64,000 nucleotides of DNA from Octopus vulgaris (Eukaryota). Below are positions 14,326 through 26,681 of the stretch, one piece after another (within the stretch, counting starts at the first letter, position 1; each line of letters starts with the position of its first letter). The notes below the pieces were generated by a model that worked only from the letters and a program-made list of their open reading frames with translations, searched no databases and was not told where the DNA came from. The DNA is taken from positions 150,536,001 through 150,600,000 of the forward strand of contig OX597816.1 of the NCBI GenBank assembly GCA_951406725.2. Direction: 5' to 3'. Made by a program: the position numbers and the translations under genes.

Positions 14326-15415
14326 AATCCTTTCTGCTAAAGGCATAAAGCCTGAAATTTTAGAGGAGGTGTTAAATCGATTATGTCAACTACAGTACTC
14401 AACTGGTTCTTATTTTATCAACCCTGAAAGGATAAGTTGACATCAGCAGAATTTAAACTCAGAACATAAGGACAAGCAAAATGGTTTCAAATTTTTCCAC
14501 AAGGGCAGCCATTTTGGGGAAGGGAATGAGTCAGTTACATCAATCCCAAAAGGATGAAACACAATATAACCTCAGTGGAATTTGAACTCAGAATGTAGTG
14601 ATGGGTGAAATACCGCTAACAATTCTGCCAGCTCACTGCCTTAATAATAATAATCCTTTCGATTATAGGCACAAGGCCTGACATTTGCAGGGAGGTGGGG
14701 TAAATCAATTACATCAAACCCAGGGCATGACTTGTATTTATTTAATCGACCCCGAAAGGATGAAAGGTAAAGTCGACTTTGAATTCAGAGCATAGTGATG
14801 GGTGAAATTCCACTAAACATTTCATCCAGTATGCTAACGATTCTGCCAGCTTGCCACCTTAGTAATAATAATAATAATAATGATAGGGTAACTATTCTCA
14901 CTCAGAATTAATTAAGAAAGAATTAGATAGTTAAAAAGAACTGTAGGCTGCAGGCAGCAAGCCTGCTACACATGCAAGACTCCAGAAGTTACAACAAACA
15001 TCATCAATAAAAAGAATGAATAATAATAATAATCCTTTCTACTATGGACACAAGGCCAGAAATTTGGGGGGAGGAGTATAGTCAATTACTTTGACCCCAG
15101 TGCTCAACTGGTACTTATTTCATTGATCCCAAAAGGATGAAAAGGCAAAGTTGATGTCAGTGGCATTTGAACTCAGAACATAAAGACAGATGAAATGCCC
15201 CTAAGCATTTGTCCTGTGTGCTAAGGGTTTTGCCAGTTTGCCACCTTAATAATAATAATCCTTTTTATTTTGGCATAAGGCCTGCAACTTTGAGGGATGG
15301 GAAAGTCAATTATATTGACCCCCAAAAGGATGAAAAGCAAAGTTAACCTCAATGGAATTTGAACTTAGGATGTAAAGGACAAACTGCCACTAAGCATTTT
15401 GCCTGATATGTTAAC
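14326..15415 (-). mobile_element. Head-to-tail array of ~5 SINE family B copies (~200 bp unit)
   Basis: The unit tcctttc..aggcacaaggcc...gaccccgaaaggatgaaaggcaaagt..gac...gaatttgaactcagaa...ctaagcattt...ctgccagc..gccacctt repeats, separated by (AAT)n. Confidence 0.9.
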
Positions 15416-17474
15416 AGTTACACCAGTTACATAATTGGTTACAAGGGATGCTACATCATCATCATCATTACAAAATATACAAATGGAGTTGCAAAATGTG
15501 TAGGGGTGTACATATATGTATAATATATAAATAGGTAATGGGACAAAAAAATGTAATGTAGAATATATTAATACAGGTAAAATATTTAGTATACAAAACA
15601 ACCTACCCACAAAGAGATGAGAAACTGCCACCTAGGTAGGATCAGGGTGCTACTCCAACTACCTTCCAAACATATGTCCTCTTTTATACCTCTCTTTCTG
15701 ATTCTGTGTCTCTGTCTTTCTCTCCTTTTCCTTCTCCCATTTAATGTTGGTGATGGTCTTTTTGATAGTCTTTTCGTACTCTCTATTTATTCTCTCTCTC
15801 TTCCCCCATCTTGTCTATCATTTTGTCACTTTTTTGTTCATTCTTCCTTATCCCAATAACATTTTCTTTATGTCTGTCTTCTGTTGCTGCCCCCCCCCCC
15901 TCTCTCTCCCCTCGTTCATTCATATGCAGTTGAGGTATCCATTCATTTGAATACTGCCTCATTCTTTTGCAATAACAACATAGAAACAGAGTTGTCAGGA
16001 CAAATAACTGTACATCTATGTTAGATTTTTGTTCAGAATTTTTCCGAGGGAGGCAAATGTTTCGAGAAAAATATCAGAAAAACAAATTCTTCTTTTTGCA
16101 TGAAATACCTCTTTGCTGCTTGTCTAACTACTATGTACATTTTATTTTTTACCTTATTTTTGTGTTATTGATTTCCTAGTAATTTCTAAGGCATCATTGA
16201 TTGTACTATGGCTTCAATTGATATATATATATAATGACCTTTATTAGATTATATATGTATTTTGTTGCTGTTGTTATAACAGTAGTAGTGATGGTGGTGG
16301 TGGTCGTGGTGGGGTGGGTGGAAGGTTTGACCTTGTTGCTGTTGTTAATATTGTTCTTCAGAGTTTCAAGCAGAAGCTGCATAGTTTGGAATGATTTTTG
16401 TGCATGTTGCAATGTATGAATATGCAACATATCTATAAAGTGTTTAGTATATGAATCTTGAAGTATACATATAAATTGCATTATACACATACATATGCAC
16501 AGTACACATACACACACACATGCACACACATGGATAAAATCTCCCAGACAAAATTATATCCATGTGCACATAATTATGCAGATATACACATACATGTACA
16601 CATTCAAGCATGCTCATATCAATGCAAGCACATACACAGAGAAATGTACATACATGCACATGCGGAACTATTTGGCTCAACATGTTAAGCTAAACTAAAA
16701 GGAAAACATATCTTTCCCCAATTCACGGTTGAGTGATTGGTGAGAGAATTGGCATTCAAGTAGAAAACACATGCACCAACAATTCATAAAAATTTTTAAT
16801 CATGATTAAAACATATATCTAAAATTCGTGTGTTTATGTATCTGTGTGTGTGTGTGAATGTTTGTTTTTATGTAAATTTATATGTAAAAAAACAGCTGAA
16901 CATTAAATTAAATGATCACTCAGTAGATTTTTGTAGAGTACCATCATTATCATCATCATCATCATCATAATTTTAATGTCTACTTTTTCCTGCTTGCAAG
17001 AATCAGAAGAGAGTGTGTTGAAGCAGAGTTTCAATGGCCAGATGCCCTTCCTACCACCAACTCTTCTTATTTCCAAGCTGGTTTAATAATCTCCTAGTCA
17101 AATCCATATACTTACATACCCGTACATGTGCATATATACACACACATACATATAAAGAAACATACATGTGTGTGTGTGTGTGTGTATGAAAATCCATTCA
17201 TGCACACACACATGTATACACACACATATATACAAACATTTACCTACCTACTACACCTATCCACATGTACATTCCTACAGTGAGGATTTTTAGAAGTACA
17301 CAAGCAGGCATCTACTTTTGTGCACACTCCAGTTTAAATGTATTTGCGTACATATATATTTATGTCTTTATATGTGTATATATATGTGTATGGATCTTTA
17401 TACACACACGTACTTATGTATGTTTCTTTGAGTGAGTGTGTTTGTGTGTGTTTATATTTACAATATATCAATAG

Positions 17475-18380
17475 TAAATCGAAGACTTTTCTGGTTCTAA
17501 TTAGAGAACTTTTGTATGCAGACAATATTGACTTTGTAGCACATACAAAATATGTGCAGGTCAATGTGGACAGATTTTCTGCTTCATGCAATGTCTTTGG
17601 TCTAACTATAAGTTTAAAATATGCCAAAGCAATGTCCATGCTGGCACCTGGTGAATATGGAGCCTAATATCTATATGAGAAACACAAGATTATGTGTGGT
17701 GGATACATTTCCATAATTGGGAAGTACTCTATCTAGAGATTGCAACCTGGATTCTGAAATTATTTGAAGATCAAAATGCAAGTTTTGCACTTGGCAAACT
17801 TAAGGAAAAGTTATGGCTAGATAGAGATATTACAATCTGAGGAAATGACTACAACATAAACTGAAGTAATAATACAAGGAATGTTAACTTAGTGAAATTG
17901 AAAATAGATGTTCAGTTCTGAGAAGAGAAAGTGACTGATAGGTAGGAAAGTATTGCTAGCTTGAACCAAAAGACAGCATGCATTAGCTTTGAGCTAACCA
18001 AACAGCGGCATGCACATTTAAAATGTACTTTGAGAAAGGGAGGAATCACACATGCACCAAATGAGATTAAAAATTGGAAATGCAGTCTTTGTGACCAACA
18101 TATCCTGTCAAAAGCTGACTACATGAGCCACATGAAATCGCACAGTAATTTGTGAAATCAAGTTGCATTTAACAATAATTCTCCACCTTTTTTATGATAG
18201 TATGTATAGTAAGCAGAAAATCTGTTGGAGCTACTCTGGTTTGAAATGGCACATGAATGTAAGATTACTATACTATAAGCTCCATAAACCCTGCAGAAGT
18301 TTTGAATACTATATGTTACATAGGTTTCAAGCCTTGCAGGTCAACTGCTTCTCTTAAAGTTCATCTCAGAGCACACCAGC
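17475..18380 (+). mobile_element. Old RTE-type LINE remnant of a different family (RT C-terminal part plus C2H2 finger)
   Basis: LIRELLYADNIDFVAH...VDRFSASCNVFGLTISLK is an RTE RT signature. It is followed by WKCSLCDQHILSKADYMSHMKSH, a C2H2-like finger. Many disruptions. Confidence 0.8.
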
Positions 18381-20957
18381 AAAATGGAGATTATTGGGAT
18401 GATGTAGATTAATCAGAGATGGCTATCATCTGTCAAAATGAAGCAATCATAATGTATGGGTATGTGTGTTTATGAATACTTATACATATATATATATATA
18501 TCAGAAGCATATGTATACAAATGTATGTGTGTGTATTTATATATGATTATCTCTATGAAAATAAGCATCATTTGCATGCATTTATTTGGATGTGCAGTTA
18601 TAAATATACTTATCTGAATATCTATAGATGGCCTTGATCAAGTACTTTCTAATATAGCTTCATATTGATCAATGCCTTAATATTCTCCAATGCCTTATGT
18701 ATTGAAATTTAGTTGACAGAAATGTGGAATCCAGTCAGTCTCCATACATGGGTGTGTGTGTGTGTCTGTCTGTCTGTTTGTCTCTATGTGTCTGAGTCCA
18801 TATCTCTGTTTATACCACTTAAAAACTGTTGTGGTAGTTTATGAACCTTAATACAATGGTTCAACAAATACAAATTGATAAAATATACCAGACTGCAATA
18901 AGTACCGAAGTTGTTATGATTGAGTGGACCTTAAGCTGGTATCCCAGCATGGTTGTAGTCCAATGGCTGAAACCATACATACAAACAAGTAATATTATAT
19001 ATAGACTGTAATGTATCATATTTTTTCCTCTCTGTTACACACACATATGCATGTGTGTGTGTGTGTGTTTATATGTATGCATAGATACTCATATGAGCAT
19101 GTCTATTTTAAATTACATCATAGTCATTTCATAAATACATATACACTCTCTCTCTCACACACACACACACACTTTCATAGAAACATGTGAGCTAGGTTTG
19201 TGATTGATGGCTTGTCATATGAGATGTTAAAGAAACACATGTAATTGTGCTTAAGAGAGCTGGTGTGAAAGCTAGCTAATTTCAGTTTAGTTTCACACAC
19301 TATGATATACTCATCACCAATAAGCAGTTCGCTGCAACTTATTTGGTTACCAGTTCTGAATAATATCGACTGATTCAATTTATAATTATTTATTTTCATT
19401 GTTTCTTCTTTGGTCTATTACAAATGGTGTGATTCTATGTGGCATATATAGTAGCAAAGTAGACTGGTGGAAATGCTATTGAATTACCATCTCAAATGGT
19501 TTGAGTTCAACTCTGCTGAAGTTGCTTCATGTATATTTGAATGGTGCCCTTAATTGACCATAGTTATTCATGGCTTAGTCAGAAGCAAAAGGGCAACACC
19601 CATAACCCTTGTTATGACTTGAGGGAGGAAGAAAGTTATTCTCAGACCAGAAACCTGGCACAAATTCTTGCAACAGATTGGTTCTACTTGAAGCACCCAA
19701 GGGTCAATGGTGGTGTTAAACTGGGTGGTGGATTAAGTCTGTTACTGAAGAACATAAATAGTTTCTTTGATGGTCTTCCACACAATGCAAATTTCATTCT
19801 CAGTGCTTAAGTCTACCTGAAGCTATGGTAAAATTAAGTTGCACAAGGTGCCATGCAGTGAGAATGAACTTGAAACAAGTTGCTAAGCAAAGTTCTTAAC
19901 CTCACAGCCATGCCTGCTTTAGTTTGCCTAAATTCAGAAATTTATCTGTTATTTAATTTACACAAAGAATCTAGAACTAAGCACTAGCGTATAAATGCCC
20001 ACCATGACTTACCAAAACCTTACAGCATCACACTTTTGAAACAGAATCTGTGACTGCAGAGAATCTCTAGTAACTGGAGAAGAATAAAAAGTTAAAGGTA
20101 ATCTATAGAATGTACAAATGGGGATTTACTAATAAAGCAGAGTTCAAGGGAGTCAAAAAACAAAAAGTTTTTATTTATTAATGTATTGACTCTTACAAAT
20201 ACAGAACAACACTACTCCATTGTTCTCTTTTAGCCAATGAAGGAGCATTTTTGCTGTCACCTGACATGCTAGAATTAGCAACCAAATCTTATTCAAAATA
20301 CATCCTACTGTTTTATAAAAGGAAGGATATACTGGTTAATGTAGTTCTAAATATATCTGAAAAAAGATATGTTCAAACAGACTAGATGACTTCACAATTG
20401 CTTCTCAAATTGTTGGATATAAATTCAATGACTAATAAATGAGTTTTGAAATTAAATGAATTTCAAATGTTGGCAAATGTATGCTGAAAATATGACAGTT
20501 GATTAGAAACTATTTGAACTCTGATGTAATTGACCACTTTTCATGTTTGAACTTAAAGAAATTGCCTTGATCCAATCTTGCTTTACTAACCACAATCTTT
20601 AAAATTTTTCAAAATATTTTGTGCAATATTAATTAACATTCTGTTTCTAAGTTAATAGCAATAATGACTCCTTTTAATTAGACATGGCGCCAAGTTTTTC
20701 AAGAGGTTGTTGACTAAATTAAAATTAATCTCAGTATAATTTGAACTCAGAACATAGAGGGATAAAACTAAATAATGTAAAGAATATGTCTGGTTCTCTA
20801 GCATTTCTGATAAATTGTTACTCTTAAAATGAATTATTAATAGGGTAATAAGGATTAGCATCTTCTTGGTTGTTACACCACATTTTATTGTCTAATAGTA
20901 TAGTGGATAAGTGTGTTGAAGCTTGCAAGTTTAAAAAAGTTCTACCCTTGTACAAAG

Positions 20958-20988
<31 letters not shown>

Positions 20989-21334
20989 TATATATATTTA
21001 TATATATACACACACACACATTGTTATATACTGTGCCTTCACCACCACCACCACCACCAATCCACTATATTTTGAAATGCTCAAGCATCCCACTACCACT
21101 TCTGTCTTTTCTCCAGCTTTCCAACTACTCAGCTTCATATCTCTAATACAAGCCACCTGGGCTTGTTCTTCCATCACACTTTGGCCTCTCAACACCTGGC
21201 ACAGAACCATTGCCCTTCCCTCTCTTAAATATTCTCTCAAATACCCATACAGTCAAGGAGGCTTTTCTTTCTTTCACTACCTCACCCCCTATTTTTCTCC
21301 TTTTTTCCTGTTCCCTTCTTTTCTTGCCTTGTAA

Positions 21335-21526
21335 GTTACTTGGCAACCTCACTAGTGAAAAAAGCACCAAATACACTCTGTAGAGTTGGTTGGCATTTGG
21401 AAGGGCATTCAGCCATAGAGACCATGCCAAAGCTGACATTGAGACTTGACACAGACTTACAGCCTGTTGAATCCTATCAAACTGTCCAACCCATACCAGC
21501 ATGGAAAGCAGATTTTAAATGATGAT
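21335..21526 (+). mobile_element. Short element consisting of the RTE 3' end
   Basis: gttggttggcatttggaagggcattcagcc...tccaacccataccagcatggaaagcagattttaaatgatgat matches 55112-55260. Further copies lie at ~16945-17065 (-), 28730-28775 (+) and 32985-33182 (+). Confidence 0.8.
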
Positions 21527-21546
21527 TTTATATTTTGGAAGAATCA

Positions 21547-21982
21547 TAATTGATAAAGCCTATAAACACATTCATTTGTTGTTTGTCTAAATTTCACTTC
21601 TTTTCATTTTTCCAAAGCAGTTGATGTTTGTTTATGTCCCCCAAAATATTTTTCACTACACTGATCTGTATCCTTCTCAACAGGTGTTCATCTTTTTCTT
21701 TTTTAAGTGCTTGGCATTCAATTGGTTTTATTACATCTCTATAATAAGCATATGAACTATAGATATGTAACAGCGATAAAAATCAGTGAAATCTAAAGCA
21801 AAAAATAAAGTAAGAATTTAAAATGAGAAAAGTACACCCATTGAGAAAGCTACAGATTGGTGTAGGGAAAATATTTGGGGTGACACAAAACGAACATCAA
21901 CTGCTTTGGAAAAAGAAAATAAAAGAACAAGTGAAATAAAGACAAACAACAACTAGTAAGAGTTTATAGGCTTTATTAATTA
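21547..21982. repeat. ~436-bp imperfect palindrome (fold-back element)
   Basis: Paired blocks: taattgataaagcctataaac/gtttataggctttattaatta, ttccaaagcagttgatgtt/aacatcaactgctttggaa and aaatattttt/aaaatattt. The centre reads ttacatctctata...tatagatatgtaa near 21750. Confidence 0.9.
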
Positions 21983-22214
21983 CGAGCAAAACGTCTCCCC
22001 ACTCCCATCCAGTAGATGGTGCTGAGTTGTCAAACATTTAAACCAAATTTTCTCAGAACAACTTGTCCAACCATCCCATAGGTCTCCCCTTTGAGAAACA
22101 CTGATTTAACCTAAATTTGAGACACCAGCAACAGAAGAAATAAAGATAGACTTTTTCTATTCCAAAGAAAAGCTATTTTATTCACACAAATATGCATCCA
22201 AAGAGTTTAAAGTA

Positions 22215-22444
22215 CCAGTATGTACATCGCAACAGCTGATGTACTTGCACGTACAAATACACATTCCCACGGCTTTATTGATCACATTCTCACCTGGAAT
22301 CGATTTTTGTAATTTTTTCAAGACTTATACATGCCCTGATACCGTCAGTATCTACATATCAAATTTGAGCACAATCGGATGGAGGATGCTAGAGATCCTA
22401 GAAGACACACACACACACACACAGAATGGATTTTATATAATAGA
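22215..22444 (-). mobile_element. Non-autonomous Helitron (~230 bp) carrying a (GT)n microsatellite
   Basis: The minus strand starts A|TCtattatataaaa followed by (GT)n. It ends with the hairpin gtacatc-agc-tgtt-gc-gatgtac and then CTGG|T. This gives 5'-TC, 3'-CTRR, an A|T target and no TSD. Confidence 0.75.
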
Positions 22445-22521
22445 TGACTCTTCCCAAATGTAACAGTATTAGTTTCGATACATAGTTTCAGATCAAAATT
22501 CTTGCAAATTAAATAATTTAA

Positions 22522-22564
22522 TCTCTCTCTCTCCTCCTCTCTCTCTCCTCCTCTCTCTCTTCTC

Positions 22565-22609
<45 letters not shown>

Positions 22610-22625
22610 ATATATATATATATAT
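22522..22625. repeat. (CT)n-rich then (TA)n microsatellite
   Basis: Directly visible. Confidence 0.92.
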
Positions 22626-23156
22626 GAAAAATGGTGCAGCATAATAATGTTCATTGTTCATTTCAAAAACACTCCAATTGAAATAATATAAGGTATAAAG
22701 GTAAATAAACAAGAGAGATGACGAAAGCTGCTCTGAAAAATAAGTTTCATTCACAGTTGGAGGTAATATCAGAAGAATAGGTATTGGATTAAAGTGATCG
22801 TTGATCAAAGGCCTAGCAAAAAGTAATGACAAATGGATTAATAAATTGTTGTCCAAATGAAAGTAGGGGATAGGGAAATGCTTTATGCATGTGATATTAC
22901 GAACGGATGTTGCAGCTAACATCATTACATTCTGTATATTGCTAGTCTATTGTAGCCTTAACTGCCTCTAAGTTACATCATGTCGTAGGATTACTGTGAG
23001 AAGTTGCTTTGATTTGAAAGATCAAAAAATGATGATCAGCTGCTCAAGCACCTTGAAGAAAGAAATTTAATGGTTACCAGAACTAATTATTGTATGAATG
23101 GGATTATATTTGTAGCTGTTCTTATTTTAAAATCTCTTTGTAACAGTTTATAATGA

Positions 23157-23548
23157 GGAGCAGTTGTGTGGTAAGTAGCTTGCTTACCAAACACATAGTC
23201 CCAGGTTCAGTCTCACTGCGTGACACCTTGGGTGTCTTCTACTATAGCCTCGGGCTGACCAAAACCTTGAGTGGATTTGGTAGATGGAAACTGAAAATGA
23301 AAAGAAGCCCATCGTATGCGTGTGTGCGTGTATGTGTGTGTGTGTGTATGTTTGCCCCCCCCGCCCCCACACCATCACTTGACAACTGATGTTGGTGTGT
23401 TTACATCCCTGTAACTTAGCATTTCAGCAAAAGAGACCAATAGAATAAGTACTAGGCTTACAAAGAATAAGTCCTAGAATCAATTTGTTTGACTAAAGGT
23501 AGTGCTCCAGCGTGGCCACAGTCAAATGACTGAAACAAATAAAAGAAT
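23157..23548 (+). mobile_element. tRNA-derived SINE family A, near full length
   Basis: Head tgtgtggtaagtagcttgcttaccaaac...ggttcagtctcactgcgtgacaccttggg, internal (GT)n, tail ...gtcaaatgactgaaacaaataaaagaata. Matches other copies in this window. Confidence 0.9.
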
Positions 23549-24371
23549 ATATTGTTGATCACCTCTGCTTAAACAGAACACTGAATAGAAAATATCTGAT
23601 AAAATTTTTGGGGCCAGTCTATAGGTTTTGCATTCCAGGTGTGCCAAATTTCTTTCTATTCTGGAATGTATTGTGTGCACTGCATTGTAGTATAGTAGTC
23701 CTATAAAAGTACAGAGTAGCATATCGTATTTATATGGTTATCGAGTCTGTCACTATATCTGTATAATCGACGACTCTGATGTTAGCTACATCAGAGACAG
23801 ATGAAGTGAATTTGGTTGGCACTTGAGAGTCTTTCCTTAGGACTCACTTGAGATTCTTGGCAGACAAGTATTGAATTAGGATCTAATAAATGCCAAGGCA
23901 AGAATACTGATTGAATAATGTTGCTCATAACCATCATCATCATTGTGTTGAATATGATTTATGAAGATGATGATGCTGATGTTGAAATATTTCTCCTATA
24001 AAGTGAAATTATCTCTTATTACTTTATTTGATTTAGGGGGTTGCTGAGTGTAATACTTGTGTAAAAATCAATCTTCAGCAAGAAATTTGCGCTTGCAATA
24101 TGGCAATAGCTGATGTCAGTGGTTTTATTTATCATACTTAGAATGTCTGAGGAAACAGAAATACTTACTAAAAGCATTAATTACTAAAGCTAATGGTTTT
24201 TGTTCTTTTTTTATTATTACCATAAATGGATTTATCATTGTTTGCCTTATTATTCTCTGAATACTACATAATTTCAACAGTAATTAAATAATTAATACTT
24301 CATTTAGGTTGGTAGGAAGTTGGCTAAATTGATTTTAATATATTACTAGTACTTATTATCAACCTATAAAT

Positions 24372-24637
24372 CAGCAGTTCCCATATAGAGTGCCATGAGA
24401 TATAGGAGCTAGGTGCACCATGAAATAATGAAATTATATTTTAAAAATGTGAAAAATACAAACTAAAATTCAAAATATAAGGTTTTGATATGTGTTTCAC
24501 TTATTGAATAATAAAGTGAGTACTTAATAATTTTATATAATTTAAATTACTTATATTTAATTTTATACACAAAGTATACTAAAATATTTTTATTTGCTCT
24601 AAAGTGTGCCACTAGTAAAAACAGTTTTGAATCATTG
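24372..24637. mobile_element. Decayed hAT-like MITE
   Basis: Termini cagcagttcccata and gttttgaatcattg, with subterminal gtgcca motifs and an AT-rich core. No clear TSD. Confidence 0.5.
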
Positions 24638-24736
24638 CCCTCCAAGGATAAAAGGTATAATTTCTATGTCAGAACAGGAAAATGTTAAACTAAATAGTAT
24701 AAGTCATCTCTAGCTTCATCCACCTTTGCCATTTAC

Positions 24737-24820
24737 CACAACAATAATGATCTATACCATTGACACAGGGCAAGGAACACACAACAATAATGGTCTATAC
24801 CATTGACACAGGGCAAGGAA
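24737..24820 (+). repeat. 43-bp tandem duplication
   Basis: cacaacaataatg(a/g)tctataccattgacacagggcaaggaa occurs twice with one mismatch. Confidence 0.92.
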
Positions 24821-25386
24821 TTTGGGAGAAAGCATAAAGTTGGCCTCCAGTTTTTGACTGCAACATATTTTATGAACTCTGGCATATTTTTGATTGAGAA
24901 CATTAGAAGATGCTAAACGTCTTCAATAATGAGAATAATGATTTTAACCATAGGCACAAAACCTCATATTTTAATGAAAGGGGTATACTCCAGTATATCA
25001 ATACCAGAACTTTATTAGTATTTTATTTTTGTTAAACTTGAAAAGAGGAAAGAACAATAATAGTGAGTTTCTTTTTGAATAGACTACACTTTAGTTGAGA
25101 TAGAAAGAATAAATAATAAAGATAATGATGATAATGATTCTGATTAGACACAAAGCTATTCTTTTCTTTTTCAGATAGAAAGAGAGAAGGTGAAAGAGAG
25201 TGGGAAGGTGGGAGAGAAATAAACAGCATAATCGATTGAATCTGTTCCAATATAGTAGTGGCATTTGTTATCAACCCCTGGAGAGATGAAATGCAAAATC
25301 AAACCTGGTGGGATTTAAACTTACAATCGAGAAAGATAAAATATTGCCAGACATGTAGTCTATTGTTCTATCATTTCTGTTAACTT

Positions 25387-25437
<51 letters not shown>
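25387..25437. repeat. (GTA)n microsatellite
   Basis: Directly visible. Confidence 0.95.
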
Positions 25438-26125
25438 ATTTTTAATTTTGGCACAAGGCCACCAATTTTGAGGGCAGGGTTTAGTTATTGTCATTGACAC
25501 CCAGTACTTGACTGATATTTTATTTTATTAATCCTGAAAGGATGTCAAGCAAAGATGATTTTGATGGGATTCGAAATAATACATAAACAACCAGAAGAAA
25601 AGCTGCAAGGCATTTTGTCTGTCACTTTAATGATTCTGAAAATGGAGTTAATTGTGGTATATAATAAGCATTTGTGTATATATGTGCACACACACACAAA
25701 CATGCATATCTATATACACCCACATACTCTGTGAGTCCAACAAAATTCAGTTTTAATAAAACATGCTCACATTCACTAAGATGGTGGTTTCACTAAGTTC
25801 CTCTGCTTGGGTAACCCCAGAACTTGTGTGTATGTGAGCCTGTGCACACACTGTATGACTTTTCTTATTTATTTCTCTCTTCATACTTCCCATATATCTC
25901 TATATCGTTATACCTCCCTTTTCCTCCAACCAACCTTTGTTATCTGATCCCTCTCTCTCTTTCTCTCCCTCTTTCTTTCTCTCCTACTTATTCTGATTCT
26001 ACCTCCTCATCTCATCTGTTGTCCCACACTCACCTATATTCGCACTCTCATACCTCAATCTCTCTCCACAAATTCCTCCTTCTCCCATCTCACCTAAATA
26101 CTACTTACAGTGTTCTAAAGGTGTG

Positions 26126-26484
26126 AACACGTGGTTCTGGGTTCAGTCTCACTGCATGGCACCTTGGGCAAGTGTCTTCTACTATAGCCCCAGGCCAACC
26201 AAAGCCTTGTGAGTGAATTTGGTAGACAGAAACTTTCACATATGTATATGTATATGTGTATGTTTGTGTGTATGTGTTTGTCCCCCCACCATTGCTTGAT
26301 AACTGATGCTGGTGTATTTATGTCCCCATAATTTAGCAGTTTGGCAAAAACAAACTTATAGAATAAATACTGGGCCCACAAAGAATAAGTCCTGGGGGTA
26401 ATTTTTTTTTACTAAAACCCTTTAAGGCTGTGCTCTAGCTTGGCTGCAGTCAAATGAGTGAAACAAATAAAAGAATAAAAGAAT
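26126..26484 (+). mobile_element. SINE family A copy (5' clipped)
   Basis: gggttcagtctcactgcatggcaccttgggcaagtgtcttctactatagcc...aaacaaataaaagaataaaagaa. Confidence 0.9.
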
Positions 26485-26681
26485 ATATACACATACATGC
26501 ATATATACCACAGCATTTTTTATCATGAACATAATTTCAACCTAAACTTAATGTGGAACCCAAAATCACAACTCTGGGGGTAATCAACAAACATTAGCCC
26601 AAGACCCATCTGACATTTATTAGTTATTCATTTTGTGCTTACATCCTATCCAGAAAACATTGTTTCACTTTGTGATAACAA

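Noticed and set aside
14326-15415. CRISPR-like or satellite array
   Set aside because: Units are ~200-bp diverged SINE copies that are also dispersed elsewhere. There is no repeat-spacer structure, no cas gene, and the context is eukaryotic.
17961-18155. Host C2H2 zinc-finger gene (a family expanded in octopus)
   Set aside because: A single degenerate finger lying downstream of RTE RT remnants, consistent with the LINE C-terminus. No TGEKP linkers.
23773-23795. 9-bp hairpin ctctgatgt-tagct-acatcagag
   Set aside because: Too short to exceed chance expectation in 64 kb.
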